Source of the DNA: Picochlorum sp. SENEW3
Lineage: Eukaryota
NCBI GenBank assembly: GCA_034226945.1
Contig: CP120454.1
Coordinates: 434,001 to 498,000, forward strand
Direction: 5' to 3'
DNA length: 64,000 nt
Shown here one piece after another: positions 45,939 to 58,906 of this stretch. Each line of letters begins with the position of its first letter. The first letter of the stretch is position 1. The translations under genes and the position numbers were made by a program. The notes under the pieces were generated by a model that was given only the letters and a program-made list of their open reading frames with translations, searched no databases and was not told where the DNA came from.

Positions 45939-47153
45939 ATGGTAGCATTTCAACGTAGAGGTATCCTCAAACCTGGTCGAGTGGGACCGACGTGGAGTAA
46001 TAACAACATTTCGACATTGGTATCCCTTTCCAAGGTCGGTGGTTGGGTTTACCCACGATATTCGAATATATATTGCTTTGGAAATAGACCAAGTGTACGT
46101 TTGGTCCCTGTCTGTCTACTTTTGTTTGGTGTTTGTACCCTACAAAATACTGACTTGGAAAGGGTCAAGTTTCATGGTGGTTGACATGTCCTGATTTCTG
46201 TTGTTCTGCAGAAGAGACGGTGTGATGGGACGCACAGAGTCTGTGCGACCTCTCGACACGGCCAGAATAATCATGATGAGAATGGGGGATTGTCATCATC
46301 CATGGTGAATGATGCCATTCCGGATGTGATGCCTGTGGTCAGTCAGCAGGAGGATTGGAGGGCATTTCGGGCAAAGCTTGTGCAGTCTTCTGTTGGTATG
46401 TTTGGGGAAAAGGAGGAGGCATCATCGGCTCACGAGTCGGAGGATACTCGTGTGTTGGAGGATGCGTGGGCACATGTTTTGGGTTTACCAGAGAGAGGAT
46501 GCTTGTTGCTTGCGAATCCTCTCATGTTTACCACGTCGCAGACGTATTTTAACAAATCTGTCATCCTTATATTTAGCCATGAAGCTGATGGGAGTGCTGG
46601 TGTGATTGTGAATAAGCCAACACAACATGTGATGGGGGAGTTAAGGGGTGCATCATCGCTGGCAGAGTCGTACGATGAATGCAGGCTGTATCTTGGAGGG
46701 GATGTGGGTCCAGAAGTTTTGAATGTATTGCATAGAGTGGATGGTATTGATGGGGCGAATGAGGTGATCCCTGGGGTGTACTTGGGTGGCATTGATGGGG
46801 TTGGGGAATCTCTTGGTGCTGAGGAGGCGGACAAGGAGAAGGATGTTCGGGTTCTGACGCGATATGCTGGATGGGGGCCTGGTCAATTGGAAGAAGAGGT
46901 GAGGCGTGGGGTGTGGATGGTTGCAGCTGCCTCCCCAGATGTCATATTTTCAGATTTTGCTGGTGACGATGCATGGCATCATGTGTTGCAGCTCATGGGA
47001 GGTGAGTTTGCCGGTCTGAGTGATGCGGCCAAGGAAGAGTACAGGGAAGATATTATGGAGGTACAGTCTGAGGGGGATTGCCATCCTGGCCAGGGGGTTG
47101 ATGTTGATGACCATGGTGAAGATGGTGGCCATACGCATGGAAGTGGTATTTAA
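45939..47153 (+). CDS. DUF179/YqgE/AlgH-family protein (intron 46095-46211)
   Basis: DWRAFRAKL, GCLLLA, YFNKSVI, GVIVNKP, LYLGGDV and YAGWGPGQLEEE motifs; phase-0 GTACGT...TGCAG intron. Confidence 0.85.
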
Positions 47154-47242
47154 TGTTTCTCGTTTTACTTCTTGTTTTCACAAATGTAATAATTATTATA
47201 ATTATGAAGAATCCAGTGTTACATAATGTTTCATACTTGGAG

Positions 47243-50200
47243 TTATTGCAATGGGTTGCACAGCAATGGTAAAATGTCAAATGTTGAGAAGAATTTGTGC
47301 ATGTCTGCTGAGAATTTCTCATACATCACGAAGGCAGACGACAAGGGAATTTGATCCTGTTTTTGAAGCAGTTTCCAATCATGCTTCAATTCAAATGCAA
47401 CCTTGAGTGATGAAAGGAATTCAATAATGTCAGCTCTGGTGGCAGGGGTTTCACCCGTCACACTACCAGATGATCGTGACATGATGAAGCGATATGCAGT
47501 TTCCAGCCTTTCACGGGGAGGAGCATCAACAAGCAACGCCAAGATGCCCATGATGGTCCCGAAATTTAAATACCCTGATCCATCTGCATCGAGCAAAGGA
47601 AGAATCCTGTTATGCAACGCTTTAAGTGCTGTTTCAACCAATTGTGGTGGGGAGCGCGGTTGGATCAATCGTTGTAAGGTGTCTAGGATCTCGGATTGAT
47701 GAATCTTTCTTGTTTGCTTTCCACTTTTCGATGGAGATCGTATTTTTGAATTGGAAACTTGGACTTCGTGCCGTAATGCGTCGAGAGTCAATGCTGTCAA
47801 GGGCTGCAGAGATTGCAAAAGAGGCACATCCAGAGTGCACAAAATCTGATCCACTGAGGATCCTGATGCCTCGATCGCACTAATAACATCGGAGGACATA
47901 TCCTGCTTTAAAATTCTGGATGGTGGCGTCCACCTGCATAAGCGATCGTATGATCTATCAGTGAGGAACATGCCTGATTGAATGGATGCCATGCTGACAG
48001 TTCTGGACATTTTCATGCTCGTCTTTCCACTCCTGCTGGTTGCAACTGACACTGTATCACTCTCATTGTGCGATATGTGCGCGTTTGGTTGAGATTCATC
48101 AGGTACATGTGCGTCATCCTTGGGGTCGGAATGTGGCACCTCCTGCGCCGGTGATGGTGGAATCTCAGGAAGGCCCTGCTGGGGGGTCCCATCAACTGCA
48201 TCCTGAATTGCACTAAGCTGATTCTCTAAATCTCTCGGCTGCCCATTTGCCCTAACAAGTTGGTAGAGTTTCTCAACCTCGATGGCAATCATATCATCCT
48301 CACTACAGAGTTCAAGGCATTTTCTGAGACATGCTGCTGCTTGCCGCCTATGACCACCATCCCCTCTGCTATCTGGCAGCATGCACAGAGCTACCGCTTT
48401 ACCGAGGAGAGATCTGGTGTGGTCAGGTTCCTGGTCAAGTACGGCGTCATAGTGCTTAATGGCTTCTTCTGGGAGGGATCTCTCCCTCAAGATGTTGGCA
48501 AGATTGAAATGTGCCTCAATGTGCCTCTCATCAGAAGCAAGCGCCATATTAAAGCACCGTGTAGCTTCCTCCTTGTTACCGGTCGTTATTCTCACACACC
48601 CGAGGTCTGCCCACGCATCAGCAAAGTCCGGGAGGATCCTGAAGAAGGCAAACACCACAAGGTTTAACAATACGTTGACAACATGGAGTGCAAGGGATTC
48701 AAAATCATCGTACTTTAACGAATGTTCCAGAGCTTCAATTGCGCCATCGAAATCTCCTAGGGCATAGCGCACAGATCCAAGGAGTTTGTGAACTCTAGGA
48801 TGCCGATCTTCTTTCCTCGCAGCCTTTGTATACTCCCTTTCTGCTGCTTCGAGATTGTCCAAACTCTCCAAAGAAATCCCCATGTTGATGTGAATCTTCA
48901 CCAACAAGGGATCAGAGTCCTCACATCTTTTATACGCCTCGAAATATGCTTTTGCTGCAGTCTCGTATTCGTTCAACGCGAAATATGTGTTTCCGAGTCT
49001 AAAGTACGCTAGTGGATCTTCTGGACATGCAAGGGTTGCATCTCGCAAAAATGGTTGTGCTTCTTTGAATCTGCATCAATAATCATGACATGTCAAGTCC
49101 AAATTCACGGTACACGCACGCAACACACAGTTCATCATTTGTCACGCACCGAGCGCACTGCATCAAGAGATCCCCTATTTCCAAGTTTGCTGTATGACAA
49201 GCCCATGCTGGAAGCAAGCTTGCAGACTTTTGCACTTCCTCCAATGAATGGGCTAGATCTTTTGGGCTTGAATGTATGATACACTCAGCTTGATCGACAA
49301 TTTGTTTAATATTTGCTTCCATGATAGCCATCATTCTAGACCTTTCGCGCTCCTCGACTTCTTCTTTGGACAAGGGAGCAGCTTGCTGCTTGGCAGGCGA
49401 GCCAGGTCGCAGGTCCTGTGGCGCAGGCTTTTGAACGTGCCTTGCCTCGTCTTGTCTATCGCCCGCTTCCCCTGCGGTGCCTTTTCTTCTACTCTTCTTC
49501 TTAGGAGACAGCGACTTGAGAAGATTTTTCCACCCGCCACTCTTTGGCTTTTTGTCTTCAACTGCAGTATCCTTGTCATCATGTGCTGCAGATGGGAATG
49601 CATGGACCGAAATGACTGTAGAAATATTTCCAGCATCCTTATCCGGAGATAATTCCGCGGATCGCGGAGCAGGGCCTTCAGCAGCGTCAATATGAACGTC
49701 ATTAAGGGCTTCAACTAGTCCAGACGATCCTGAGGTGGAAGGACTCCTCCTCTGATATCCTGCAATGAGCGAGTCTCGTGGTGGTGACATGATGCCCTCG
49801 AGCATATCATCATCTGAATCATCCAATCGAAGTGGCCCCTCATGTTCAGGAATCTTTGGGCTGGTTTTACTTCCATACAGTCTCTCCAAGAAGGGACTGT
49901 ATGGACCAGGAATCTCCTCATCCTTGGTGGAGATGTTAATCTCATCCTTTTGTGGAACTCCAAATGCATTGAGCATAGAGCATTTGTACGCAGAGCATCC
50001 ATCGGAAACAACAACAGACGCAACCTTATTCGCCACAGAGCACCACTGATGCAACTGTCGAGGTGCATCTTTATAGGAATCTACTTCCTTGACCCCATAT
50101 TCCTTGGGAATGTTGACAACCAGTGACACCGTGCTACGGCGATCATCGCTCTCATACACACGAACGCTTGATCCAGGAGGTAATAAAGGCTCTAAATCTT

Positions 50201-51326
50201 GCGCGACAACCATTCCCTGATCAAAGAGCGCTTTCCCTCCGATGCCTTTCTCTGCAAACGACAGAGTATACATGAGCTTGGAGTCTCTCCTCTCAGGATC
50301 CTGAACAGCAATCACATCCACATCACCAACTCCAGGGAAAACTATATGTGGATTATTCTTGAGAGATTTGACCAAGTCGTTGGCGATTCTCCCCCTCTCT
50401 GCAGGCACACGGCATGCAATTGTCACGTGGCGATGCTTGCCATCACCTGCTAGACAATCATCTTTCGTCACCATGGCAGCAGCCCCTCTTGGCAACACCT
50501 TCTGAAGGGACGCCATCATATCCTTTACATCCATATTGCTTTCAGGAGGCATTTGTAATGCAAAGGCAAACGTTGAACAATCTGCATAGCCCATCATGTG
50601 AGATGCCACCATGACATCTGACACGCAACTCTCGCGCTTGCCTTCACCTTCCCGCACAACAGCCTCTCTCTCGGCAAATAACACCGACACATCTTCTCCA
50701 AAATCGCTCTCAGAGAATGCCTGCTCAGGCTCCACACCCAGCACCGCCTTGAAGTACTCCATCTCATCTGCTTTCACTGCATCCTTTGCAAACACACAGG
50801 AAACGCCAAAGCACATCCCTGGATACACATTACTCTTCTCACCAACATCTACAGAGACACCATCTGGAACAGCTTTGCGCAGCGCAACCTCGAGGGCCTT
50901 TGTAACGTCACCTGAATCCCCAGTCCTCTGTGGAACAAACACAGCAAGTTCCTGAACACACATCTCCTCCTCACTCTTTCGCCCTCTATACGCCTTGATC
51001 ATCAGATCATAGTCTCGCTTCACATCAGCCACACCACTCTGATAAATCTTATTCAAATCCTCTATGCGCAACCCTCCTTCAACCCCAAACTCATTCCACA
51101 CTTGCTCAACGATCAAATCAACATGCTCCTGCTCCAAATTCGACTCTGGATTCACAACCCGAACCAATTCCACAAATTCCTTCTGCAATGTAAAATAATA
51201 ATACATGGATCATGAACATGGTAGCACATATTGCCATCTGCACCCGCAACAACCACGCACCTCACTGAGACAACCGTCTCCGTCTGTATCAGACATACAG
51301 AACATCCGTTCCACAATCTGATCCAT
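47243..51326 (-). CDS. EF-hand/TPR protein resembling Arabidopsis At1g05150 (introns 51260-51183, 49149-49071, probable 48713-48639)
   Basis: N-terminal EF hand DTDGDGCLSE-KEF..VNP, GVADVKRDY, several TPRs (HPRVHKLLGS, PDFADAWADLG) and a C-terminal EF hand DADGSGYLN. The introns join the ORFs in frame. Confidence 0.8.
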
Positions 51327-51575
51327 CCTTGAGAAAATATATGCTTTAAAAATCAATCTGTTGATGCTCAAATCTTCATCCAATCAAGAGTCTCTGGCAC
51401 TCTGAACAATTTCTGAACGACTCCTGTCCCAAGTACTACCAGTGCCTGCGGAGGCTCCTCACTCGGCCATTATTATCTCAAATGATTGATTAATTGTTTA
51501 TAACAATAAATTAGTATATATAGATGGAAATGGCAACCACGAGGCAACAGGCGTATTCTGGTCGGTTCATCCCTC

Positions 51576-52444
51576 GTGGTTGTTGGTTGGAGATTTCAGA
51601 CCAGCGCTGATGGAGCGGCGCGCTTTTTAAATATCCTAATTAAGCATTGCTACAGTGTCGAATTGTCCAATCCAATCATGCACACATCCATGCACGTCGA
51701 GGCAAACAATGATTGTCGCTGTGATTTCAATATGAATTATCAACAGAGTAATGTGGGTCAGACACTGTATCAGCTCGGAAATGCGATTGTTGTGAGCCCA
51801 AGACAAAAGGGGAATCCAGTGCTGAAATTCATTCGAAATGTTCATTGGCAATATGGAGATATACTTCCTGATTACATGCTTGGGCAGTCTATTGTTGGTC
51901 TGTTTCTGAGTCTTCGATACCACCTGTTGAAGCCAGAGTATATTCATGGGAGAATGAAGGCACTGAGGGCAAGTGGGTATCGAAATAGGGTGTTGATTGT
52001 TCAGGTGGATACGGAGGATGCGACGGTGCCGCTTGCTCAGGTGACAAAGGCTGCGATTAGTAATGAGTTTACCTTGTTCTGTGGATTCAATGCGGCTGAA
52101 TGTGCGAGGTATATAGAGACGTTGAAGAGTTATGAGAAGAAGCCTGCAGAGAGTATTCAAAAGGACTTGGGGTCTGATTATGCGAGTCGGGCGTCGTCGG
52201 TGCTGACGAGTGTGCGTGGGGTGAATAAAACGGATGCAAAGACGTTGGGGGATGAGTTTGAATCGCTTGCTGGGATATTCAGTGCATCATTGGAGGAGGT
52301 GCAGGGGTGTGCTGGAATAGGGCCCACAAAAGCACGGCGTTTGCACGAAGCGTACGGTACTCTTGTTGTTGCTTGTTGTTGTTTTATATCCATTGATTGA
52401 TATGCGATGCGTGCAGGTGTCATGCTCCGTTTTACAAATCCTGA
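51576..52444 (+). CDS. ERCC1: DNA excision repair protein ERCC1 (true ATG probably 51678 or 51732; intron 52352-52416)
   Basis: VSPRQKGNPVLKFIRNV, LFLSLRYHLLKPEYI and HhH GIGPTKARRL; spliced end HEACHAPFYKS*. Confidence 0.9.
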
Positions 52445-53316
52445 GATGTATTCTTTGCCATGATTGATAAGAATGTCTCCACAGATGATACAAGACCATG
52501 CTCTATTGGATCTGGAAGTACTTTGGACAGAAATTCAGCCTCTGAGAATTGTTTAGCTAGCCGTCGGGATTCCTCAGTCGCCGCATCGTAGCATTCCTTC
52601 CTCAGCCGAGCTTCCTCCTGTCGGATGAATGACCTGGCTCTCATGCGAAGATGGACATCGTCAATCACGCTCACATCTCCTGGGTTCTCATACAATGCAT
52701 CAATGACAGAAAATGAAATAGGAATATCACGTTCCGCACAGTACGCTTCAAACTGCGTCACCCCATTGGACTGTGCAATCTGCCGTAGATTCTGATCCCA
52801 TTCTTGTACCATGATTCGTTCTCTCAATTGTTCTACTGCCTGAAGGTATCCTTTCGTCATAACTACTGTAAATGAAGCTCTATATGTATCCCAAACTTTC
52901 TCCGCCTCTCGATGCATACGCTTGGGAGACGTCGGAACATGGTGAGGGTGCCCTGGCATGTCCAAAATATCCACATCATACTTAAACCGAACGTCTGCCT
53001 CCTTTCGATCATGCTTCTCTTGAACTTGATGTTCAATATCTTTCTGACGTATACTACATACTATGTTATCCAACGCATCCACTCGCGCCTCCAACGTCCT
53101 CATAGCATGTCCAAAATTCTCTTCCATGTGCTCAATCTGCTCTCCCACCCTTTCGATAGCACTGGGTTCATCTCGAAAACTATGACATATCAAGAGTTGA
53201 GATGTTCTTGTATTGATCGGTTCTATTTGCAAACCCAGCACGACGTGTCGTCTTTCGACGACATTGGTGTTTTTCTGAACAACATTAATGCGATTTCCGA
53301 TGGACAATGCAGCCAT
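52432..53316 (-). CDS. Unknown, probably plastid-targeted protein
   Basis: 294-aa ORF with a transit-peptide-like start and a coiled coil. No family recognised. Confidence 0.6.
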   Translation of the reverse strand: MAALSIGNRINVVQKNTNVVERRHVVLGLQIEPINTRTSQLLICHSFRDEPSAIERVGEQIEHMEENFGHAMRTLEARVDALDNIVCSIRQKDIEHQVQEKHDRKEADVRFKYDVDILDMPGHPHHVPTSPKRMHREAEKVWDTYRASFTVVMTKGYLQAVEQLRERIMVQEWDQNLRQIAQSNGVTQFEAYCAERDIPISFSVIDALYENPGDVSVIDDVHLRMRARSFIRQEEARLRKECYDAATEESRRLAKQFSEAEFLSKVLPDPIEHGLVSSVETFLSIMAKNTSQDL

Positions 53317-53751
53317 GTGTTTACGCCTTCTTATGCCACTATAGATAGAATTTCATAAAACCTCAAAGTTTCTATTGTGTGGATTTGATTGGGTCGCAGT
53401 ATCAACTATATATACCCCATGGCAATACCATTAAAAAAACCCATCTGGCACACTAGTAGTGCCACAGCAGTACTACTGCTGTGATGACAAGGATGATTTT
53501 TATTGTGTTCCTTTGTTTCATGATCACGAATCACCAACGCAAGGCTTCTGGCCTCATGAGAGTATTCATCGGCTTGTCGATGCTTGCAAGCCTGTCTCCA
53601 AACCATACCACAATGTTGTGAGCCTGTGATGGGAGTACTCCCATCGGGCGGACGGCCATTAATGGCCAATACTGGCCAATCGGATCTTGGGCATCATGAT
53701 ACTCTCTCTCTGTAACAATTATTTCCAAATAGTAACAATTGAAGTATCATC

Positions 53752-54558
53752 ATGGGTGCATCGCAGAGTAAACCAGAGGATATCGTGGCCATTGCCAAAA
53801 CTCCACTGCCAAGCTACAACCCACCACTTGGCAGCCCATCGCCATCCAATCCCCTGGTCTATTTTGATATGAAGTTGGGAAGATATGGGGAAGGAACTCC
53901 CTTGGGACGCATCGTGATGGAAATCAAGACGGATGTCACACCCAAAACAGGAGAAAACTTTGTCAGCTTGAGCCAATCTCCAGCTGGTGAGGGGTACAAA
54001 AACTCTCGTTTCCATCGAATTATTCCTTCTTTCATGTGTCAAGGAGGAGATTTTACCAACGATAACGGAACCGGTGGGCGTAGCATTTATGGAAACAGAT
54101 TCCCAGATGAAAACTTCCAGCTTGGGCATTTTGGGCCAGGGATTTTGTCCATGGCAAATGCTGGGCCGAATACGAATGGGTCGCAATTTTTCATCTGTAC
54201 GGCAGCAACACCATTTTTAGATGGAAAGCACTGCGTGTTTGGGCAGGTGGTGGAAGGGTTTTCTGTTGTCAAAGCCATGGAAGCCTGTGGTTCTAGATCC
54301 GGCGATACAGCCTTTGATGTCATGATTGCCGACTGTGGGGTGCTTGAAGGCGAGGCAGCGTCTCCATCCAAGGGATCGACAACATCGCCTCAGGCGATCG
54401 CATCATTCTCATCAACTACGAGGCCATGGGCCATGTCTCCTTGCATTCCAAGGAAACCACTTGTGAGGGTGATGAATCAGCCTCGTCCAGGACTTGGTCT
54501 TCATTCATCTACAAGACCAGTACAGATGCCATTCAAGGCAGTATCATATTTACATTAA
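53752..54558 (+). CDS. Cyclophilin peptidyl-prolyl isomerase with an N-myristoylation-like start
   Basis: [30 protein letters not shown] and LDGKHCVFG motifs; MGASQS N-terminus. Confidence 0.95.
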   Translation: MGASQSKPEDIVAIAKTPLPSYNPPLGSPSPSNPLVYFDMKLGRYGEGTPLGRIVMEIKTDVTPKTGENFVSLSQSPAGEGYKNSRFHRIIPSFMCQGGDFTNDNGTGGRSIYGNRFPDENFQLGHFGPGILSMANAGPNTNGSQFFICTAATPFLDGKHCVFGQVVEGFSVVKAMEACGSRSGDTAFDVMIADCGVLEGEAASPSKGSTTSPQAIASFSSTTRPWAMSPCIPRKPLVRVMNQPRPGLGLHSSTRPVQMPFKAVSYLH

Positions 54559-54593
54559 ATAATTGTATACACACATACGTCACATGAGTAGTA

Positions 54594-55223
54594 TTATCGG
54601 ATTCGAGACCTGGGTGCAGAGGGAGGAGGAAACGATCCATCAGGCATTCTCAGAAACCATTCTATCCCAGGAACTTTTATCAACACATCTTGCAGTGCAT
54701 CAAAGATGTATGCCACCTCTGGAACCCAGAAGGATTCACACACCCACGCCACAGCCTGGTCAATGTATGGATAGTACAGATGGAGAAATGGCCGAACAAA
54801 TTGTGATGTGAGCCGATAGGCACCTCCAAATCGAGGAAGCTGCAACCATAAAAGGAATGCTAGTTTGAGCGGTGAATAGTATGGCATCCATCGTACGATA
54901 CCAATCTTTGACAAGATCTTCTCAGCAACATTCCACATCCCAAAGATTGCCCAGTACATGAGCCATCGAGACGACTCATCCGTGTCCCCATGCACTCTCA
55001 TGTATTCTATAGCTTTGAAAGATGCATATGCTGGATATAGGGTTCCCACCACCGCACTACAACGACACAAGGAGCAATCTGTGAACATTCCCTCGGCCTC
55101 ACAAAAGTGGACATGTGTGTCCATGGCCAACAACCCAATACAAGTGGCAGCATCTGCCCAAGAATGGGCATATCCACGACGATGTATCAAATGCAGATGT
55201 GACACAGCAAAGCATCGTACCAT
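54594..55223 (-). CDS. TB2/DP1/HVA22 (REEP/Yop1) family protein; 5' structure uncertain
   Basis: YPAYASFKAIE, WLMYW and WMPYYSPLKLAFLLWLQLP motifs. Confidence 0.85.
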   Translation of the reverse strand: MVRCFAVSHLHLIHRRGYAHSWADAATCIGLLAMDTHVHFCEAEGMFTDCSLCRCSAVVGTLYPAYASFKAIEYMRVHGDTDESSRWLMYWAIFGMWNVAEKILSKIGIVRWMPYYSPLKLAFLLWLQLPRFGGAYRLTSQFVRPFLHLYYPYIDQAVAWVCESFWVPEVAYIFDALQDVLIKVPGIEWFLRMPDGSFPPPSAPRSRIR

Positions 55224-55492
55224 GCGACTTCTCCCAACCTGTTGGAATACGGTTGCAGAAGAATCTGCAACCCTACCTGGGTTGGTGCACTCGTTATCAT
55301 ACTCTATTCATTTACTACTATTCATTAGTATTCCAGAAGAGATGATGCTCTATTATTATGTGTATGTACTCGACAAAGGTGAAATATTTAAAAATGGCAT
55401 CTTCGGAATTAAATATCTCAACTCATCATGAGTTGAACAATATCTCATTTCCTCCATCTCTCTGTTTGATAGAAAACCTCAATGAATTCATC

Positions 55493-56062
55493 ATGATTCT
55501 AAGGAAAGGAACCATTGGTCTGAGAATACGTAGCGAACATGGTATGGTTCGGCAAAACTCTGCACTCTTGAGTAAGAAACAGTCAGTGAGGCACAATCGA
55601 CGGCATTCAGTTCGTCCCATCATCATCGCATCAGGAATGCATGTTCCTTCAGATTCTTTCAATGGATGGTCACCAGAGCGGATGGCCAGCAATTTGCTAG
55701 AGACGTTTCTTACTGTTGTAGCAGTCAAGATTGTCCTGGCTCAACTGCAAGGGTCTGGGAGAGGAGATCTGGCATCATATAATGCCCAAGGGTATCAGAA
55801 CCTCGTAGATTTTATAGAAGAAAAGCCTTTGACGAGGGATAATGCGTCAACGTGGCTGAAAGAGCTCATGGAAAGGGATTTAATGATTGCCATGAGAATT
55901 ATTGAAGTGAGATTAGCCTATGCAAAACATGATTTTGAATGGCATAATCTTCAATCGCTGTGTTTGGACACGTTAGAGAAGGAGAATGTGACTCTTTTAC
56001 GACAGCATGCCATGGATCATGTTCAATTTGATCATCCCCAGGAAGACGTTGATGGCAAATGA
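55493..56062 (+). CDS. RBCX: Rubisco assembly chaperone RbcX
   Basis: SPERMASNLLETFLTVVAVKIVLAQL, WLKELM, MRIIEVR and DFEW motifs; transit peptide. Confidence 0.9.
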   Translation: MILRKGTIGLRIRSEHGMVRQNSALLSKKQSVRHNRRHSVRPIIIASGMHVPSDSFNGWSPERMASNLLETFLTVVAVKIVLAQLQGSGRGDLASYNAQGYQNLVDFIEEKPLTRDNASTWLKELMERDLMIAMRIIEVRLAYAKHDFEWHNLQSLCLDTLEKENVTLLRQHAMDHVQFDHPQEDVDGK

Positions 56063-56839
56063 GAGTGTTTCGGAACTGCACATGTGGTAGTAGTAGTAAC
56101 CATGGCGCCCAAAACGGACAGCCAGGCAGGGATGGAAGTTAGCGACCATCGTGTGTATCCTCTGAAGGGGAGCATCAATCAATCTCGGTTGCTGTCGCGA
56201 CCGATTCGGTCCCCTCAACCCTGATCGGTCATCGAATCTGTCACAGGAGCGCTGTAAAAATTTTCTACGCTATTATTTCGATTCTATTGTAAAAATTGTA
56301 CGTGGTGTGTGCTTGTTTATGTCTAACCTGCGGTGTAAAAGCCCCAGGACGTGTCTTCCCGGTGCATGCTTTCTGCTCAAATAACAACGCCTGTGTCACC
56401 ACTGTATTTCCGATAGTCGACAGGGTTCTGCGTCTGAAATATTTTTTGTTGTTTATTGACGCGGAAAGCATGGTGTCGGGGGAGGTGTGCGGTTCTGCGG
56501 CGCACCTGCACGTGGAGGCGATGCTGATCTCAGCCAGGCATTGCCCACAGATCTCGGGGGTCGGTGCCGCTCGAGAAGGATCTTCATCTCCATTGTCCTT
56601 TCTTCTAAGGTTTTAGTAAAATGTATCGTATTTTGCGACGAACTTGCGAGGATATCGGTGGAAATGAACGCCCCACGCAAGTGTGACTGGGGGGTTTGAA
56701 CATGTGTCATCGTATCTCGCCTGCTTGCTCATGTATTGACACGTTCTGATGTGTTGTGCAGCGATTCAGTGTTCTCCATATGAGCAGAAATAGGTGAACA
56801 TATTGACTCCATCTCCAGATTTCGCATTCCAGCTTGGAC

Positions 56840-58051
56840 ATGGCTCAAGTGCACCCGTCCATGAGGTCTGATCCATCAGCATTGAGAAGAAGTGTAGATG
56901 CAAGGTTGGTAGTGACGCGTGTAGTTGATGATAGTGAATTCCCATATCACAGTGGTGAAATTAATGGGGCGAAGTGTTGCACCAAGTGTGCAGCAACAAA
57001 AACCCCACAGTGGAGAGAGGGTCCCTATGGACCAAAGACACTGTGTAATGCATGTGGTGTGAAAAGAACGAGAAAGTTGAGAGCTGAACAAGACGGTGGG
57101 AAACGCAAACGATCGAATGGAGGGCAGGGCAATGCCAAGGTGAAGGTTGTGAGGGGTACCTCGCAGGCATTGGAACAACACCCTGTTCTTCATCCAACAG
57201 AAGACTTTGTGAAAAGGCCATCTCATCAATTACAGGGTCAAAATTCAATAAATAGTGGGAAAATTGGCGCAGATGCGGTCAGGAGGCCGACACGGAAAGC
57301 TGCTGAGGAGGCAGCATTCCGAACTGCAAGATATGCCAAGACTGGAGAATGGGGAAACTTGAATTCCTCATCCCCCATGAAAAAGTCCATGTTCAAATTT
57401 GACGTTAATGGCAATCAGACGGGGTCGTCTTCCTCAGATGTGATCTCTGGTCCATTCTCGGACGTTCCTGAAGAGACTGCCTGGATGCCACATGAAAAAG
57501 TGGTTGGGGGAGGTTCATCTCCATACACCCCAGATTGCGCCGTCAGAACGTCTGACGATTGCTTTGCCGCAATCAATCTAATGACAATGTCTGCTAAAAC
57601 TTCATTGGAGGATACATTCTTCTCACAGCCACGCCATGGGACCCCTGAATCTTCGCCGTTGAAGATGTATCCATCCAATGCAGATGTAGAAGCTGCACTG
57701 AATAAAGTCGCAGATCTCTGTGGCGGAGTCTTCTCAGACAGTAATATATCGATTCTGAGCCAATCAGTTCCACCATCGAAAGTGTCAGATCTGATCAAGC
57801 TGACAGATGAATTGTCAGATATGCAACATACCGTCAGTGAAGCAGAGACTGAGGTCTCTGCCCTTGCAGCCATGTTGGCAGTGAAGCAAGCATCGTTACT
57901 CGAAAAGCAGTACCGTGCAAGTATGAGTACAGAGAAATTACGCCGCTTTGTATATGAATTGGAAACTCAATTTGGCCTGACATACAAGGTCTTGCCAAAG
58001 ATTCGAGTAGCATGCATGTCTCCCACCTTGAAGAAAACCAATTCCATATAA
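56840..58051 (+). CDS. GATA zinc-finger transcription factor
   Basis: CTKC...TPQWREGPYGPKTLCNACG (C-x2-C-x18-C-x2-C); C-terminal coiled coil. Confidence 0.9.
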   Translation: MAQVHPSMRSDPSALRRSVDARLVVTRVVDDSEFPYHSGEINGAKCCTKCAATKTPQWREGPYGPKTLCNACGVKRTRKLRAEQDGGKRKRSNGGQGNAKVKVVRGTSQALEQHPVLHPTEDFVKRPSHQLQGQNSINSGKIGADAVRRPTRKAAEEAAFRTARYAKTGEWGNLNSSSPMKKSMFKFDVNGNQTGSSSSDVISGPFSDVPEETAWMPHEKVVGGGSSPYTPDCAVRTSDDCFAAINLMTMSAKTSLEDTFFSQPRHGTPESSPLKMYPSNADVEAALNKVADLCGGVFSDSNISILSQSVPPSKVSDLIKLTDELSDMQHTVSEAETEVSALAAMLAVKQASLLEKQYRASMSTEKLRRFVYELETQFGLTYKVLPKIRVACMSPTLKKTNSI

Positions 58052-58906
58052 AGACATGCAATACTATTGAGGAGAGAGTTTTGATCATTCGTTTCACATT
58101 TCATACAATCACAGTAGGGCTTCACTGGTATTTGGTATCTCTCTGCCCAGGTGTTGTCTATGGTCAATCATGATGAAGAGACATCATGCCGTTCCCACGG
58201 CGTGGAAGCGTTTGGGTCCGTCCAATGAGAGAGAAGAGAATTGATGATGTTGGTACCGTTTCCTTGGATATTTTTCCCATACACGAGTGCATGCCCAGCC
58301 TACGTGACGCAGGACTTGAAGAACATGGACAAGTTACTGTGATGATGGGCTCGTGCGCAGTCTGCAGTCGACAACAGAAGAAGAAGACGAAGAAGAGAAC
58401 ACACACTGTACAGGTTTCACGTGTGTTCGTACTACCACTGTATTTTTTCCGCATTATTTCCATTCCATTTTTTTTATTTGTAGTATGCTCCGAAACCACT
58501 CTCCCAGTCAAACACAGTTCTTGACCGAGAGCAAATGTCAATTCTGTGGTAGAGCTGGACGAATCTTCTTCGACACAGGACCGGATAAGCCGTGGGTACC
58601 CGTCTCGTTTGCTCCCTCTTTAATTCATTATTTTGCCGCAATATCGTGCTCAAAGGTCAATTTTTGTTTCTAATTGACGAATTTGTAGTACATTATCCCT
58701 GTGTGGTGCTGAAACGGTTGTTTCCTACGAGCAAGGGCCGGAAACGTCTTCGTCGTCGAGAACAGTAGAAGACTCGAATCCACTCTTGGTTTGATTATTT
58801 ACGGATATTATTCCACGTTTTTGTACTTGCAAACGGTAGGGATTGATTGCAACGGTGAAAGGTTGTCGTAGAAGTAACGAGAAGAATCTAGACCTTGGAC
58901 GCGACA

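Noticed and set aside
56265..56710. Short ORFs upstream of the GATA gene
   Set aside because: Probably 5' UTR or intron (acceptor-like TGCAG at about 56761); no coding signature.
58164..58673. ORFs of 106-125 aa between the GATA and RETICULATA genes
   Set aside because: Low-complexity, UTR-like sequence with no recognisable domain.
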